Shown piece after piece: positions 9,377 to 21,149 of a stretch of DNA of 64,000 bases. A program made the translations under genes and the position numbers. The DNA is from Candidatus Giovannonibacteria bacterium. GTDB taxonomy: Bacteria > Patescibacteriota > Minisyncoccia > JACPKW01 > UBA11713. The notes beneath the pieces were generated by a model that was given only the letters and a program-made list of their open reading frames with translations, was not told the origin of the DNA and did no database searches. Where the stretch lies: the NCBI GenBank assembly GCA_023266875.1, contig JAHFOJ010000002.1, positions 3,163-67,162 of the forward strand, read 5' to 3'. Every line of letters begins with the position of its first letter. The first letter of the stretch is position 1.

Positions 9377-9721
9377 TTAGATTTCGCGGATACTTGGTCG
9401 GATGCGGATTTGCATGTCAGTCGTATTTACTTCAGTTTCGAGATAGCGCTGTTTTTTGCGAACCTGAGTATCGAGTCTTACTTTTAGCTCCGGGCTGCAA
9501 GCCGGAAGCTGGTAGCGCATAATCGGCATTACAAAAGAGTCGGATGTACCGTACTCTTCCCATGACCGCATGAAGCGGTTAACTATCTTTTTTTGCGCGA
9601 GTTCGATCTTTCTACGCTTTTCTCCGACCTTCATGCCTATAGACTTTCTCAGCCTACCGATGATTTTTTTCCTACAGATCCCATTCTTCCCATTCCGCTT
9701 GTGAAAATTTAATGTTCCCAT
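9377..9721 (-). CDS. Hypothetical basic protein (orphan)
   Basis: 114 aa ORF with GAAGGAGG Shine-Dalgarno just upstream and its own terminator; no motif recognised. Confidence 0.6.
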   Translation of the reverse strand: MGTLNFHKRNGKNGICRKKIIGRLRKSIGMKVGEKRRKIELAQKKIVNRFMRSWEEYGTSDSFVMPIMRYQLPACSPELKVRLDTQVRKKQRYLETEVNTTDMQIRIRPSIREI

Positions 9722-9801
9722 CAATCCTCCTTCAAAAACGTTAATATACTAACCCAAACCAAGCTTAAAATATTATTAATTTTTAGTCAAAATATAGAAA
9801 T

Positions 9802-11688
9802 ATGCCAAAAATATTAGGAATAGATTTAGGAACAACTAACTCCGCCATGGCTATCGTCGAGGGCGGAGTTCCCCGCGTGCTTGAAAATGACGAGGGCGCG
9901 CGCACAACCCCGTCAGTCGTCGGGCTTTCAAAAGGAGGGGATCGCCTAGTTGGGCTTCTAGCCAAGCGGCAAGCCGTCACAAACCCGCAAAACACAATAT
10001 ATTCGGTAAAGCGTCTCATAGGGCGCAAGTTTACCGATAAGATGGTCGAAAAAGATAAAACGCTGATGCCCTACGAAATTAAAGAATCCGCAAATGGCGG
10101 CGTGCAGATTAAAATGGGAGATAAATCGTACCGGCCAGAGGAAATCTCCGCAATGGTTTTACAAAAATTAAAGAAAGACGCCGAAGCGAAACTTGGCGAG
10201 AAAATCGAAGAGGCGATAATTACGGTGCCTGCGTATTTTGATGACTCTCAAAGGCAAGCGACCAAAAACGCAGGAGAAATTGCCGGATTCAAAGTCAAGC
10301 GAATCTTAAATGAGCCTACGGCTGCAGCTTTGGCTTACGGATTTGATAAGAAAAAAGACGAGCAAATAGTCGTTTATGATTTCGGAGGCGGGACTTTCGA
10401 CGTATCCGTGCTCGAAGTGTCTGCCGACACTATTGAAGTCAAAGCTACAGACGGCGACACGCATCTTGGTGGAGACGATTTTGATCAAAAAATTGTTTAT
10501 TGGATAGCTGCTGAATTTAGAAAAGAAGAGGGGATTGATCTCTCGAAAGACCCGCTTGCACTCCAGCGCCTGCGAGAGGCCGCAGAAAAAGCGAAACATG
10601 AGCTCTCAAGCACCGTTGAAACAGAAATTAATATACCATTCATTTCTTCAACCGATTCCGGACCCAAACATCTCCTGATAAAATTCTCGCGATCAAAACT
10701 GGAGGGACTTGTCTCCGATGAAATTGAGCGGTCGATTGAAATTACGAAACGCGCAGTGGGCGCCGCAGGATTCAAACTTGCGGATATTGATGAAGTTATT
10801 CTTGTCGGAGGCCAAACCCGCATGCCGCTTATTCAGGAAAAAGTGAAGGCGCTTTTCGGCCGCGAGCCGAACCGCTCAATCAATCCGGACGAAGTAGTGG
10901 CCATTGGCGCCGCCGTGCAGGCTGGAATTTTGCAGGGTGATGTAAAAGATGTTTTGCTTTTGGACGTAACGCCATTGTCGCTTGGGCTTGAAACATTGGG
11001 AGGGGTTATGACAAAAATCGTGGAGAAAAATACTACGGTGCCTTATTCAAAATCGCAAGTTTTTTCTACGGCTGCCGACAATCAAACTTCGGTTGAAATC
11101 CACGTCTTGCAGGGCGAACGCGAGATGGCCGCGGACAATAAAACACTCGGCCGCTTTATTCTTGATGGGATACCCCCAGCGCCGCGCGGGTTGCCTCAAG
11201 TTGAAGTCGCCTTCGATATTGATGCGAACGGCATCTTGTCCGTCAAAGCCAAAGACAAAGCTACAAACAAAGAACAGTCGATAAGAATAGAAGCCTCCAC
11301 GGGACTGTCGAAAGAAGAGATTGAGCGTATGAAGCGCGACGCGGAGGTGCATGCAGATGAAGACAAACAAAAAAAGGAACTCATAGAAATTAAAAACCAG
11401 GCGGAATCTATAATTTATACAGCAGAAAAGGCGCTCCGAGACGCGGGCGACAAAGTCCCAGCAGATATCAGAAAAGATATAGAAGAAAAAATAGGATCTC
11501 TTAAGTCTTCCAAAGATTCAGCCACTTCAGCTTCAGATCTTAAATCAAAATTTGAAGAACTTTCATATGCTCTTCAAAAAATCGGTGAAGCGATGTATAA
11601 AGATACTAAAGGGAACGAGTCGCAGCAAGATGAGAAAAAGGCGAAAGATGCCGACTTTGAAGATCTAAGCGGCGATCAAAACAAATAA
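9802..11688 (+). CDS. dnaK: Chaperone DnaK
   Basis: [30 protein letters not shown]. Confidence 0.99.
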   Translation: MPKILGIDLGTTNSAMAIVEGGVPRVLENDEGARTTPSVVGLSKGGDRLVGLLAKRQAVTNPQNTIYSVKRLIGRKFTDKMVEKDKTLMPYEIKESANGGVQIKMGDKSYRPEEISAMVLQKLKKDAEAKLGEKIEEAIITVPAYFDDSQRQATKNAGEIAGFKVKRILNEPTAAALAYGFDKKKDEQIVVYDFGGGTFDVSVLEVSADTIEVKATDGDTHLGGDDFDQKIVYWIAAEFRKEEGIDLSKDPLALQRLREAAEKAKHELSSTVETEINIPFISSTDSGPKHLLIKFSRSKLEGLVSDEIERSIEITKRAVGAAGFKLADIDEVILVGGQTRMPLIQEKVKALFGREPNRSINPDEVVAIGAAVQAGILQGDVKDVLLLDVTPLSLGLETLGGVMTKIVEKNTTVPYSKSQVFSTAADNQTSVEIHVLQGEREMAADNKTLGRFILDGIPPAPRGLPQVEVAFDIDANGILSVKAKDKATNKEQSIRIEASTGLSKEEIERMKRDAEVHADEDKQKKELIEIKNQAESIIYTAEKALRDAGDKVPADIRKDIEEKIGSLKSSKDSATSASDLKSKFEELSYALQKIGEAMYKDTKGNESQQDEKKAKDADFEDLSGDQNK

Positions 11689-11706
11689 CAGTCCCTTTTG
11701 AAAGCT

Positions 11707-12759
11707 ATGAGAGATTATTATGAAGTTTTAGGAATTGCGAGAAACGCCTCCCAAGACGAGATAAAAAAAGCGTTCAGGAAACTCGCGCATAAGCATCATC
11801 CAGACAAAGGAGGATCAGAAGTGAAATTTAAGGAATTAAACGAAGCATATCAGGTCTTGTCAGATGATAAAAAACGCGCGGAATACGACCGTTATGGGCG
11901 CGTCTTTGGGGCAGGCGGAGGACCCGCAAACCAAGATTTTGATTTTGATTTCAGTCAATTTAACGGCGTCGATTTAGGAGATATATTCGAAGATTTTTTT
12001 GGTATGGGGGGCACTGGCCGTGGGAAAGCGCAAAGAGTCCGGCGTGGCCGCGATATTTCAATTGATGTTGAATTACCCTTCGAAGAATCAATTTTCGGCA
12101 CAGAAAGGCGAGTGCTTATAAATAAATCTATTTATTGTTCGATCTGCAAAGGTTCAGGCGCAGCTCCCGGAACTAAATCAGAAAGCTGCAAGAAATGCAA
12201 TGGGAACGGAACAGTACGCGAGACAAGGCAATCATTTTTAGGAAGCTTTTCATCTATAAAAGAGTGCCCGACATGTCTCGGACGCGGAAACATTCCAGAA
12301 AAAAAATGCGATACTTGCCGAGGCTCCGGGATTGAGCGCGGACAGGAAGAAATTCAAATTGCGATTCCCGCGGGAATTCGCTCAGGCGAGATGATAAAAA
12401 TGTCAGCGAGGGGAGAAGCGGTTTCCGGAGGGCTCGCGGGCGATTTATATGTTAGAATTCATGTTTTGCCGCATGAAATCTTCCGCCGCGAAGACCGTGA
12501 TTTAGTAATGGATCTAGAAATTCCGCTTTCTGATGCGCTCTTAGGCGCTGATAATATTATAAACGCACCCGACGGGCAGATTAAATTAAAAATCCCAGCG
12601 GGGATTGATTCTGGAGAACTTCTGCGCGTTCGCGGCCGCGGCGTTCCGACAGAATCAAAGCGGGGAGATTTGATAATCCACGTCATAGTGAAAACCCCAA
12701 AACGGCTTTCAAAAAAGGCGCGCGAACTTATAGACGAACTCAAAAAAGAGGGGATTTAA
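11707..12759 (+). CDS. dnaJ: Chaperone DnaJ
   Basis: DYYEVLG, HPD motif, four CxxCxGxG repeats. Confidence 0.98.
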   Translation: MRDYYEVLGIARNASQDEIKKAFRKLAHKHHPDKGGSEVKFKELNEAYQVLSDDKKRAEYDRYGRVFGAGGGPANQDFDFDFSQFNGVDLGDIFEDFFGMGGTGRGKAQRVRRGRDISIDVELPFEESIFGTERRVLINKSIYCSICKGSGAAPGTKSESCKKCNGNGTVRETRQSFLGSFSSIKECPTCLGRGNIPEKKCDTCRGSGIERGQEEIQIAIPAGIRSGEMIKMSARGEAVSGGLAGDLYVRIHVLPHEIFRREDRDLVMDLEIPLSDALLGADNIINAPDGQIKLKIPAGIDSGELLRVRGRGVPTESKRGDLIIHVIVKTPKRLSKKARELIDELKKEGI

Positions 12760-12771
12760 GATATTAAAAAT

Positions 12772-12963
12772 ATGGCAGCTTTTAAAGAAAACATAATAGG
12801 GCGCCTAGATCCGGTCTGCGGGCTTCAAATTGACGCGTCAAAAGCCAAGTTCCAAAGCACATTTGAAGAAACAACCTATTATTTTTGTCCCAAAAATTGC
12901 AAGGATCGTTTTGAAGAAGAGCCTGCAAAATACGACGGAGATTCAAACAACCGCGAGGATTGA
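12772..12963 (+). CDS. YHS domain protein
   Basis: DPVCG...YYFC..C..RF. Confidence 0.85.
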   Translation: MAAFKENIIGRLDPVCGLQIDASKAKFQSTFEETTYYFCPKNCKDRFEEEPAKYDGDSNNRED

Positions 12964-12989
12964 TTCGACAACGTCAGAATTTTTCTTGT

Positions 12990-13065
12990 TGGTCCGCCCA
13001 GTAGGAGTTGAACCTACAACCTTGTCCTTAAGAGGGACCTGCTCTGCCAATTGAGCTATGGGCGG
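12990..13065 (-). tRNA. tRNA-Lys(CTT)
   Basis: Cloverleaf CCGCCCA...TGGGCGG-A-CCA, anticodon loop CT-CTT-AA, T-loop TTCAACT. Confidence 0.95.
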
Positions 13066-13177
13066 ATTTTTATGGAATTATTAACTGGTCGGCGGGTTTG
13101 AGATATTTTAGACATTTTCTTGGCATTTTGCAATTTTTTGACTGGCACTTTTTTAACATCATGTTATAATTAAGTTC

Positions 13178-13852
13178 ATGAAAAAAATGGATTCAAGCGA
13201 CTTTACGCCATGGATTTTTACCGGCATCATCGTCCTTTTAACGGTCGGACTAATTGTTCTGATTTTTGCTTACGGCAACGGCTCTTCAGGCACAGCAAAA
13301 GAAACTACTGTCCCTGCCCTCACTCAAGAGGACTGGACGCATGGTCCTAATGACGCGAAAGTGAGTATAATCGAATACGGCGATTTCCAATGTCCGGCAT
13401 GCGCCGCTTACTATCCTCTGTTCCTCGAACTTGAAAATTATTACAAAGATAAATCGGTTATTTTTGCCTTCCGTAATTTTCCTCTTTATCAAGTACATAA
13501 AAACGCGGAGATCAGCGCAAAAGCTTCCGAAGCCGCGGGGCTCCAGGGAAAATATTGGGAGATGCACGACAAATTATACAAAGACCAAATTTCCTGGGGA
13601 GATGCTCCACAAAAAAAAGCAATGGAACAATTTGACGACTATGCTAAGTCGCTTAACCTTGATCTGGATAAATTACATAAAGACATGGAGTCCGCCAGCG
13701 TAAAAAATAAGATCGAAAAAGATGTTAAAAGCGCGAGCGACGCGTTTGTGGACCACACGCCAACATTTTTTATAAATCTGAAACAAATTAAGAATCCCAC
13801 AAGCCTTGATGAGTTTAAGAAAATTATAGACGATGCCCTCGCCGCTTCCTAA
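13178..13852 (+). CDS. DsbA-family thiol-disulfide oxidoreductase
   Basis: N-terminal TM, YGDFQCPAC, TPTFFIN. Confidence 0.93.
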   Translation: MKKMDSSDFTPWIFTGIIVLLTVGLIVLIFAYGNGSSGTAKETTVPALTQEDWTHGPNDAKVSIIEYGDFQCPACAAYYPLFLELENYYKDKSVIFAFRNFPLYQVHKNAEISAKASEAAGLQGKYWEMHDKLYKDQISWGDAPQKKAMEQFDDYAKSLNLDLDKLHKDMESASVKNKIEKDVKSASDAFVDHTPTFFINLKQIKNPTSLDEFKKIIDDALAAS

Positions 13853-14291
13853 ATCAAAGATCTGGGGGCTCGCTATCGCCAGTTTTTTAGGATTTGCTGA
13901 TGCAAGTTATCTTACAGCAGAGCATTATCTGAAATTGCCTCTGCCGTGTTCCATCACGCAAGGATGCGATACTGTTTTAAACAGCAGATACGCAATGCTT
14001 GCCGGGCTCCCGATAGCGTTTTTCGGAGCAATTTACTATTTGCTTTTGCTTTTCTTGGCGGTGAGTTTGCTTACCAACAAGAACAGCTCCGGCGCGCCGC
14101 AAATTAAAGCGGCTCTAGCCCTTAGCTCCTTTGGACTGCTGGTATCAATAATGCTTGTCTATCTGCAATTTTTTGTAATTTACCAGCTTTGCCTTTATTG
14201 CCTCGCTTCAGCCACATTCACGCTAATAGCGTTTGTCCTGTCCATAAGTATTTATAGGGCTCTCAAAAAATCTATTTTAAGCCATGGCTAA
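13833..14291 (+). CDS. Vitamin K epoxide reductase (VKOR) family protein
   Basis: CSITQGCDTVLNSRYA and CLYC motifs, multiple TMs; paired with DsbA. Confidence 0.93.
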   Translation: MPSPLPKSKIWGLAIASFLGFADASYLTAEHYLKLPLPCSITQGCDTVLNSRYAMLAGLPIAFFGAIYYLLLLFLAVSLLTNKNSSGAPQIKAALALSSFGLLVSIMLVYLQFFVIYQLCLYCLASATFTLIAFVLSISIYRALKKSILSHG

Positions 14292-15249
14292 AATTAAAAT
14301 AGGCGTTATCCGCGGCGGGCCATCTTTGGAATATGAAATATCCCTCCTCTCCGGCGAAAGTGTGATAAATAATCTTCCGCGCGGAAAATATGACATAACA
14401 GATATCCTCTGGACAAAAGACGGCATATTCCATGAGAACGGTTTTGCAAAGCGGCCAGCGCAAATCTTAAAAAAATTGGATTTGGTTTTCAACGCGCTAC
14501 ACGGAGAATACGGCGAAGACGGGCGGATCCAGCAAATATTCGAGTTAAATTCTATTCCATACACGGGCTCGGGAATCTTCGCTTCAGCCGTCGCAATGAA
14601 AAAACATCTCGCTCTAAACGCGTTAGAAAAGAGAAACATTAAGATGCCAAGATCGATAATAGTATCGAAAGGAGATGATCTTGAAGCGCGCGTATCTGAA
14701 ATTTGCAAAACTCTTTTCCCGTGGTGGGTCATAAAACCGGCCTCGCGGGGATCGTCTGTAGGCGTGACCATAGCAAAAAGCGAAAAAGAAATTCTCGCTG
14801 GATTAAAAGTCGCTCTCAAATTGGATAAAAAGGCTATTGCGCAAGAACATATAAAAGGTAAGGAAGCCACTTGCGCTGTTCTTGAAAATTTCCGCGGCCA
14901 GAAATATTACGCGCTCCCGATAATCGAAATAGTCCCGCCAAAAGGAAAATTTTTTAATTACGAAGTTAAATATGACGGCTCGACTAAAGAAATTTGCCCG
15001 GGCCGTTTTAGTGAAAAAACGGCTCTCGAAATTAAAAATATATCTATTTTGGCGCACGAGGCACTGGGGCTTCGCCATTATTCGCGATCAGATTTTATAG
15101 TAAGTCCGCGCGGCATATTCTTTTTAGAGACAAACACACTGCCGGGGCTCACAAGCCAATCTTTGTTGCCGAAGGCCGCCCAGGCAGCTGGACTTCCGTT
15201 CCCTCTGCTTCTTGACCATATTGCATCTTTGGCTATTAGAGGCGCCTAA
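14284..15249 (+). CDS. ddl: D-alanine--D-alanine ligase
   Basis: [36 protein letters not shown]. Confidence 0.96.
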   Translation: MAKIKIGVIRGGPSLEYEISLLSGESVINNLPRGKYDITDILWTKDGIFHENGFAKRPAQILKKLDLVFNALHGEYGEDGRIQQIFELNSIPYTGSGIFASAVAMKKHLALNALEKRNIKMPRSIIVSKGDDLEARVSEICKTLFPWWVIKPASRGSSVGVTIAKSEKEILAGLKVALKLDKKAIAQEHIKGKEATCAVLENFRGQKYYALPIIEIVPPKGKFFNYEVKYDGSTKEICPGRFSEKTALEIKNISILAHEALGLRHYSRSDFIVSPRGIFFLETNTLPGLTSQSLLPKAAQAAGLPFPLLLDHIASLAIRGA

Positions 15250-15250
15250 T

Positions 15251-15811
15251 ATGTTAAAGAAGTCTTTTTTTAAAAGCCCAACGCTAGATGTTGCGCGTCG
15301 TCTCATTGGCAAAACCCTTATACGTAAATTTAAGGGGAAACTAAATAAAGGAATAATAACAGAGACCGAAGCTTATGTTGGTCCGCAGGACCTGGCCTCT
15401 CATGCCTCACGTGGGCGAACAGCCAGAACCGCAGCGATGTTCGGGGAAGCGGGGCGCATTTATGTTTATCTTATTTACGGCATGCATTTTTGCCTAAATA
15501 TCGTAACGGAGAAAAAAGAATTTCCTGCCGCCGTGTTAATCCGCGCAATCCGCGCTGGGAATCTAGACATAAGAGGACCGGGCAGAATTACAAAATATTT
15601 TCATATCGACAAAAGCCTTAATGCCAAAAAACTTGGGCACGAAAGTGGTTTATGGATAGCCGCCCCTTTGGGACAAGCCTCGCCCAGAAAACTCAGGGCG
15701 CAAAAGCTAAAAATTAAGAGCGGGGCGCGAATCGGGGTCGAATACGCCGGAGCGTGGGCAAGTAAACCCTGGAGGTTTTATGTTAAACTAACCGCATGGC
15801 GCGGCTTGTAA
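15251..15811 (+). CDS. DNA-3-methyladenine glycosylase (MPG/AAG family)
   Basis: [29 protein letters not shown]. Confidence 0.93.
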   Translation: MLKKSFFKSPTLDVARRLIGKTLIRKFKGKLNKGIITETEAYVGPQDLASHASRGRTARTAAMFGEAGRIYVYLIYGMHFCLNIVTEKKEFPAAVLIRAIRAGNLDIRGPGRITKYFHIDKSLNAKKLGHESGLWIAAPLGQASPRKLRAQKLKIKSGARIGVEYAGAWASKPWRFYVKLTAWRGL

Positions 15812-16176
15812 AATATTTTGATAAACTTGAAGATAAAGTCCGCCGGGCACTCTCACGGCGCCCTATTGTCTATACCCTAATCGGCGGCATAGGCATTGTG
15901 CTTTTTTGGCGTGGCGTATGGATGACAGCGGATCTTTTCCCATTCTTAAGCGGCCCTGTTTCAATAGCCTTGAGCGTGGCAATACTTATGATAACCGGGC
16001 TTTTCGTTTCTTTTTTTATAGGAGATGAGATCATCATTGAAGGTTTGAAGCAGGAGAAAAAAATCACGGAGAAAACCGAGTCTGAAATAAAAACTGAAGA
16101 AACAACGCTGCGCCAAATTAAAAAAGACCTGGACGCGATAAAAGTAAAATTGGAACAAATGTCGAAGTCAATATGA
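15796..16176 (+). CDS. Hypothetical 2-TM membrane protein with C-terminal coiled coil
   Basis: [12 protein letters not shown] pair and charged heptad tail. Confidence 0.75.
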   Translation: MARLVKYFDKLEDKVRRALSRRPIVYTLIGGIGIVLFWRGVWMTADLFPFLSGPVSIALSVAILMITGLFVSFFIGDEIIIEGLKQEKKITEKTESEIKTEETTLRQIKKDLDAIKVKLEQMSKSI

Positions 16177-17207
16177 ATGAATTTTTATTTGTTGTTCTTG
16201 GTATAATTGCCGGCGCCGTAAGCGTTTATTTCGTTCTGCAGAAACACGCCCCGAAAGAATCGGAGGGGATGCTTATGCTTCAAAACCAGATGAATGAGCT
16301 TTCGCGGAAAATGGATCAGAATGTCGGCCAATCAACCGAAGTCTTGCAGCGCCAGCATTCTGAATCCATCAAAGCGGCGCGCGAACTTGCCGAACGCCTG
16401 ACTAAACTCGACGAAACGAACAGACAAGTTGTCGGCTTCGCCGACCAGCTTCAAAATCTTCAGGACATTTTGCAGAACCCAAAACAGCGCGGGGTTTTAG
16501 GCGAATATTATCTTGAAACAGTTTTAAAAAATGTTTTGCCACCTGGTTCGTATGAAGTTCAATATCCGTTTAAAGACGGGACAATTGTGGATGCCATAAT
16601 CCATGTTAAAGATAAAATAATTCCGATTGATTCCAAATTTTCGCTTGAAAATTATAATAGAATTATTGGCGAGCGCGATCCTGCCGAGCGCGAACGATAC
16701 GAAAGACTTTTTCGCCAAGACCTAAAAAATAGGATTGATGAAACCGCAAAATACGTGAAGCCATCCGAAAGCACGCTTGAATTCGCGTTTATGTTCATCC
16801 CATCGGAGGCCATTTATTACGACCTTTTAATCAACCAGGTCGGCGCAGTCAAGGTCGCAACCCAAGACTTGATTGAATACGCTTTTAAGCAAAAGCACGT
16901 CATTATAGTCTCTCCCACGTCATTTTTAGCCTATCTGCAGACGGTTCTTCAAGGTCTTAAAGCCCTCCAAATCGAGGAATCAGCCAAGGAGATGAAGAAG
17001 TTCGTGGAAGCGTTGATGCGCCATTTAATCACCTACGAAGATTATTTCCAAAAACTTGGCAAGAATCTAGGCACGACGGTCGGAATGTATGACAAAGCAT
17101 ATAGCGAATTCCAAAAAATAGACAAAGATATCTATCGCATAACAGGCGAGGGGATTGAATCAGAGCCGGTTTTGATAGCAAAACCCCACGCGGATGAGAT
17201 AGAATAG
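16173..17207 (+). CDS. rmuC: DNA recombination protein RmuC
   Basis: N-terminal TM plus coiled coil, PKQRGVLGE, IDSKF, FAFMFIPSE, VSPTS. Confidence 0.93.
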   Translation: MNEFLFVVLGIIAGAVSVYFVLQKHAPKESEGMLMLQNQMNELSRKMDQNVGQSTEVLQRQHSESIKAARELAERLTKLDETNRQVVGFADQLQNLQDILQNPKQRGVLGEYYLETVLKNVLPPGSYEVQYPFKDGTIVDAIIHVKDKIIPIDSKFSLENYNRIIGERDPAERERYERLFRQDLKNRIDETAKYVKPSESTLEFAFMFIPSEAIYYDLLINQVGAVKVATQDLIEYAFKQKHVIIVSPTSFLAYLQTVLQGLKALQIEESAKEMKKFVEALMRHLITYEDYFQKLGKNLGTTVGMYDKAYSEFQKIDKDIYRITGEGIESEPVLIAKPHADEIE

Positions 17208-17250
17208 ACCTTGCTTTAAATTTATAATTTTGATACTATGGTTTTTATCT

Positions 17251-17565
17251 ATGCCACAATTCGCAGTAATCAAAACAGGCGGGAAACAATATCTTGTTAG
17301 TCCCGGGCTTAAATTAAAAATCGAAAAACTTCCTTCCACAGAAGTCAAAATTTTATTTGACGTCTTAGCTCTAGGCGATGAAAGTGTTTTGAACGCAGGA
17401 AAGCCCATCGTGTCCGGCGCTAAAGTTGAAGCAGAGGTTTTACGCGAAGGCAGAGCGGATAAAGTTATTATCCAACATTATCATTCCAAAACTCGTTACA
17501 GAAAGAAAAAAGGCCACCGCCAGCCCTTCACTGAAATTTTGATAAAAGAGATAGTTGTAAAATAG
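17251..17565 (+). CDS. rplU: 50S ribosomal protein L21
   Basis: FAVIKTGGKQY, KKGHRQPFT. Confidence 0.97.
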   Translation: MPQFAVIKTGGKQYLVSPGLKLKIEKLPSTEVKILFDVLALGDESVLNAGKPIVSGAKVEAEVLREGRADKVIIQHYHSKTRYRKKKGHRQPFTEILIKEIVVK

Positions 17566-17615
17566 ATTTCTAGTGCTTGAATCGGGAGCGCCTGCTACCC
17601 CCTATTTTTTTGCCA

Positions 17616-17642
17616 CTATTTACATATTCGTACGAGTTACCC
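17616..17642. repeat. CTATTTACATATTCGTACGA motif, isolated copy
   Basis: Nearly identical to 39664-39690; lies between convergent rplU and recR. Confidence 0.75.
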
Positions 17643-17659
17643 TATTATTGTGGAAATTT

Positions 17660-18262
17660 CTACTTTCTATTCTCAAACGCGTGTTTCAGAGTATCTCTGT
17701 CTGAATACTCAAGTTCCGTTCCTGTCGAAAGGCCCCGGCCAAGATTCGAAATTTTAAACTTCCGGCTTTTAATAATCGGCTCAAGAATTTTTTCAATATA
17801 GCGTTTTGTCATATCACCTTCGGTTGTGGCTGATAGCGCTAAAACTATCTCGCCTAATTTTTTATTTGCCTCAACGCGTTTATAGAGTTCCTTCAAACGC
17901 AATTTTTCCTGTATCTCCGGACGCAAGGGGGAAAGAAGCCCGCCTAAAACATGATAGCGTCCGTCGAAAATCTGGTTACGCTCCATATTTTCAAGATCAG
18001 CGTCTTTTTCGATAACTAACAGCTTCGAATCATCGCGGTTGGGATTTGAGCAGACAACGCATTCATTGCTTTTTCCTTCAAAAATTCTAAAGCATGTTGA
18101 GCATCGAGAAACTTCTTTATGAAATCTCACAAGCAATTTTGAAATTTCTTCAAGCGACTTGGGTTCGGATCCTGCCAAATGATATACAAATCTACGAGCC
18201 TGCCTCGGTCCAATCCCGGGAAAGCTTTGAAAAAAATTAATTAAATCGGCGATTATGCTCAT
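17660..18262 (-). CDS. recR: Recombination mediator RecR
   Basis: PGIGPRQARR, C4 zinc finger, YHVLGG, EGDMT, ELEYSD. Confidence 0.95.
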   Translation of the reverse strand: MSIIADLINFFQSFPGIGPRQARRFVYHLAGSEPKSLEEISKLLVRFHKEVSRCSTCFRIFEGKSNECVVCSNPNRDDSKLLVIEKDADLENMERNQIFDGRYHVLGGLLSPLRPEIQEKLRLKELYKRVEANKKLGEIVLALSATTEGDMTKRYIEKILEPIIKSRKFKISNLGRGLSTGTELEYSDRDTLKHAFENRK

Positions 18263-18313
18263 ACTTAGAAATAGCAGATATTTAGTTAGCTTAGCAAATT
18301 TTAAGCGGGCGGG

Positions 18314-19717
18314 CTAGACTTCAAAAGATTCAAAACCGCTCGACGCTTCCATTGACATAAATGAAACGCTCTCTTGATTGAAATATAATGTGGCCCTGCC
18401 GACAGGCCCGTTTCTATGTTTGGCAATGAGCACATCTGCTTGGTTTTGGCGCTGAGAATTTTCGCGATATCTGTCCTCGCGATATAGAAACATCACAACA
18501 TCAGCGTCTTGCTCAATTGAACCCGACTCACGCAGGTCAGAAAGGCGCGGAATTGGTGGGTGACGCTGTTCAACCGCGCGCGAAAGCTGGGAAATAGCCA
18601 AAACCGGCACATTAAGCTCGCGCGCAAGCTGTTTTAAAGATCGGGAGATCTCTGTTACTTGCTGAACCATGCTGTCAGATGCGCGCTGGGGCATCATTAA
18701 TTGGAGATAGTCGATAATAATCAGCCCGAGGTTTCCGGAATCCGACTGGAGACGGCGCGCCATTGCCCGCATTTGTAGCACAGTGTTAGATGATTCGTCA
18801 TCAATATAGATAGGCGCGTTGGACAATCTGCCCATCGCGTCCCGGATCCGTAAAAAATCGTCGTTACTTTCAGAAAGTCGCCCCGTGCGAAGCTTCCAAA
18901 GCCCAACGCCGGATTCCGAGGCGATTAACCGGTCCACCAATTGCTGGGACGACATTTCGAGCGAAAATATGCCGACGGGCACGTTTTTTTCAACGGCAAC
19001 ATGCCGCGCCACATCAAGCGCGAATGACGTCTTCCCGAATGAAGGGCGCGCGGCCACAATAATTAAATCAGATTTTTGAAGGCCGGCTAAAATGTTGTCG
19101 ATGTCCGCAAAACCTGTCGGAACGCCGCGAAGCTCATTTTTATTTTTATGCAAATGATCGATCCGCTCCCAAGCTTCTTCAAGCTCTTGTCCTAGCACTA
19201 AAAATCGCTGGGAGAGCGAGCGCTGTGAGATCGCAAAAATCCTTTTTTCAGCATTATCCAAAAGCTGGTCAACGTCATCCCCCTCCCGATATCCTAACTC
19301 AGCAATATCGGCAGAGGCCTGAATAAGATCCCGCAATATTCTTTTTTTCCGAACTATCTCCGCATGATAGACAACATGCGAAGATGACGGAGAAGCATTA
19401 ACCAGATCGGCGAGATAGGCGGTGCCTCCAATAGCTTCCAATTTGTTCTGTTCCCGGAGCCGTGAAGACATTGAAATTACGTCAATCGGCTGGGAGCGCG
19501 AAAAAAGCTCAAGGGCCGAGGCGAAAATCACTTGGTGCTGGGGGCGATAAAAATCTTCGGGACGCAAAACGTCGATTATCTTAATTATCGCCTTGCCGTC
19601 AATCATCAACGCTCCGAGCGTCGCGATTTCAGCTTCGATATTTTGCGGAGGCACACGAACGGCAGCAGCAAAAGGAGACGGAGTAAGCGCGTCTTTAATT
19701 AATCTTTCATCAGCCAT
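18314..19717 (-). CDS. dnaB: Replicative DNA helicase
   Basis: PPQNIEAE, ARPSFGKT, DYLQL, DLRESGSIEQDAD, KHRNGP; no intein. Confidence 0.98.
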   Translation of the reverse strand: MADERLIKDALTPSPFAAAVRVPPQNIEAEIATLGALMIDGKAIIKIIDVLRPEDFYRPQHQVIFASALELFSRSQPIDVISMSSRLREQNKLEAIGGTAYLADLVNASPSSSHVVYHAEIVRKKRILRDLIQASADIAELGYREGDDVDQLLDNAEKRIFAISQRSLSQRFLVLGQELEEAWERIDHLHKNKNELRGVPTGFADIDNILAGLQKSDLIIVAARPSFGKTSFALDVARHVAVEKNVPVGIFSLEMSSQQLVDRLIASESGVGLWKLRTGRLSESNDDFLRIRDAMGRLSNAPIYIDDESSNTVLQMRAMARRLQSDSGNLGLIIIDYLQLMMPQRASDSMVQQVTEISRSLKQLARELNVPVLAISQLSRAVEQRHPPIPRLSDLRESGSIEQDADVVMFLYREDRYRENSQRQNQADVLIAKHRNGPVGRATLYFNQESVSFMSMEASSGFESFEV

Positions 19718-19765
19718 ACACTAACTATAAAAACTTATTTCAAAATGCGCAAAGGTAAAAGTGAT

Positions 19766-21112
19766 CTATTTGTTACTTAACTGTGATTTAAAAACTCTTG
19801 GACCTTGCTCCGAGTCTGACACTTCAAATCCAAGCGCTTTTATCTCGTCACGCAAACGATCTGCTTGAAGCCAATCATGGGCGCGGCGATATTCTTCTCT
19901 TTTATTGACCAATTCTTCCACCCGGGCGGGTATCTTTAATTTTTCTAACGCAGATATGCCTAGCCCAAAAACTCTATCCGCAAAAATTAAATTATTATAT
20001 GTGGCCTTACCTGATTTTAATAATCTCCAGACAAGATCGAGCGCGCCCGGGATATTTAAATCATTATTAATTTTTGCCGCAAATGCTTTTTTAAACTCCC
20101 CCGATAGAAGTTTGCCTCCCTCGGCCTTCAGCTCAAGCGCCCGCCTTTCCATATTGAGGCGGGCGCTTGAAGCCGCTTCTAGCGAGCGCCAAGAAAATGA
20201 AAGGGGAGAGCGGTAATGAGCGGTTAGCGTAAGATATCTAAAATCAAGCGGAGAAAATCCGCGCTCCGCCATGTCTCGGAGTGTGAAAGTATTTTTAAGC
20301 GACTTGGACATTTTATGTCCCTCTACAGACATCATTTCACCTTCGATAAAAAACCGGGCGAATTTGTCGCCGCGCGCGCCCTCGGACTGGGCAATTTCAT
20401 TTTCATGGTGGGGAAAAATCAAATCGACTCCGCCAGCATGGATGTCTATTGGCATTCCTAAATATTTCACCGACATCGCGGAACATTCTATGTGCCAACC
20501 GGGACGACCGGCGCCGAATGAAGACGGCCACCACGGTTCATCGCCCCGCTTCTTCTTCCACAATACAAAATCTTTTGCCTGGTCTTTATCATATTCATCA
20601 GAGTTCACGCGGGCGCCAATTTTCAGCTCGCGTTTTTTGACTCTTGAAAGCCTCCCATAGTTTTTAAACTTCGAAATATCAAAATATACCCCGTCGTCGG
20701 TTTCGTAGGCCAATTTCTTTTTGACCAAGTTTCTTATCATTTTTACCATGTCGGGAACATGCTCAGTAGCTTTCGCGTATTTGGATGCTGGGAGAATATT
20801 TAATTTTTCTATATCGGAGAAAAATTCTTTAGTGTAACGCTCTGTGAAATCTTTCAGCCCTTCTCCAGATGCCTTGGAATCGCGAATCGTTTTGTCGTCA
20901 ACATCCGTAATATTCATGACTTTCTTCACCTTCAATCCAGCCAAAATAAGCGCCCTATGCAATAAATCTTCAAATATATAAGTACGGAAATTACCTATAT
21001 GCACAAATCCATATACGGTAGGCCCGCAAGCGTAAAAAGTAACGCGGCCCGCGTGTTTAGGCCTGAAAATCTCTTTTTTGCGCGTAAGTGCGTTAAAAAG
21101 CTTAATCGGCAT
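19766..21112 (-). CDS. cysS: Cysteinyl-tRNA synthetase
   Basis: CGPTVY, HIGN, GRPGWHIECS, FPHHENE, KMSKS. Confidence 0.98.
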   Translation of the reverse strand: MPIKLFNALTRKKEIFRPKHAGRVTFYACGPTVYGFVHIGNFRTYIFEDLLHRALILAGLKVKKVMNITDVDDKTIRDSKASGEGLKDFTERYTKEFFSDIEKLNILPASKYAKATEHVPDMVKMIRNLVKKKLAYETDDGVYFDISKFKNYGRLSRVKKRELKIGARVNSDEYDKDQAKDFVLWKKKRGDEPWWPSSFGAGRPGWHIECSAMSVKYLGMPIDIHAGGVDLIFPHHENEIAQSEGARGDKFARFFIEGEMMSVEGHKMSKSLKNTFTLRDMAERGFSPLDFRYLTLTAHYRSPLSFSWRSLEAASSARLNMERRALELKAEGGKLLSGEFKKAFAAKINNDLNIPGALDLVWRLLKSGKATYNNLIFADRVFGLGISALEKLKIPARVEELVNKREEYRRAHDWLQADRLRDEIKALGFEVSDSEQGPRVFKSQLSNK

Positions 21113-21149
21113 ATTCAGATTCTATCAACTTCTCAAATAAGCTTCTATC

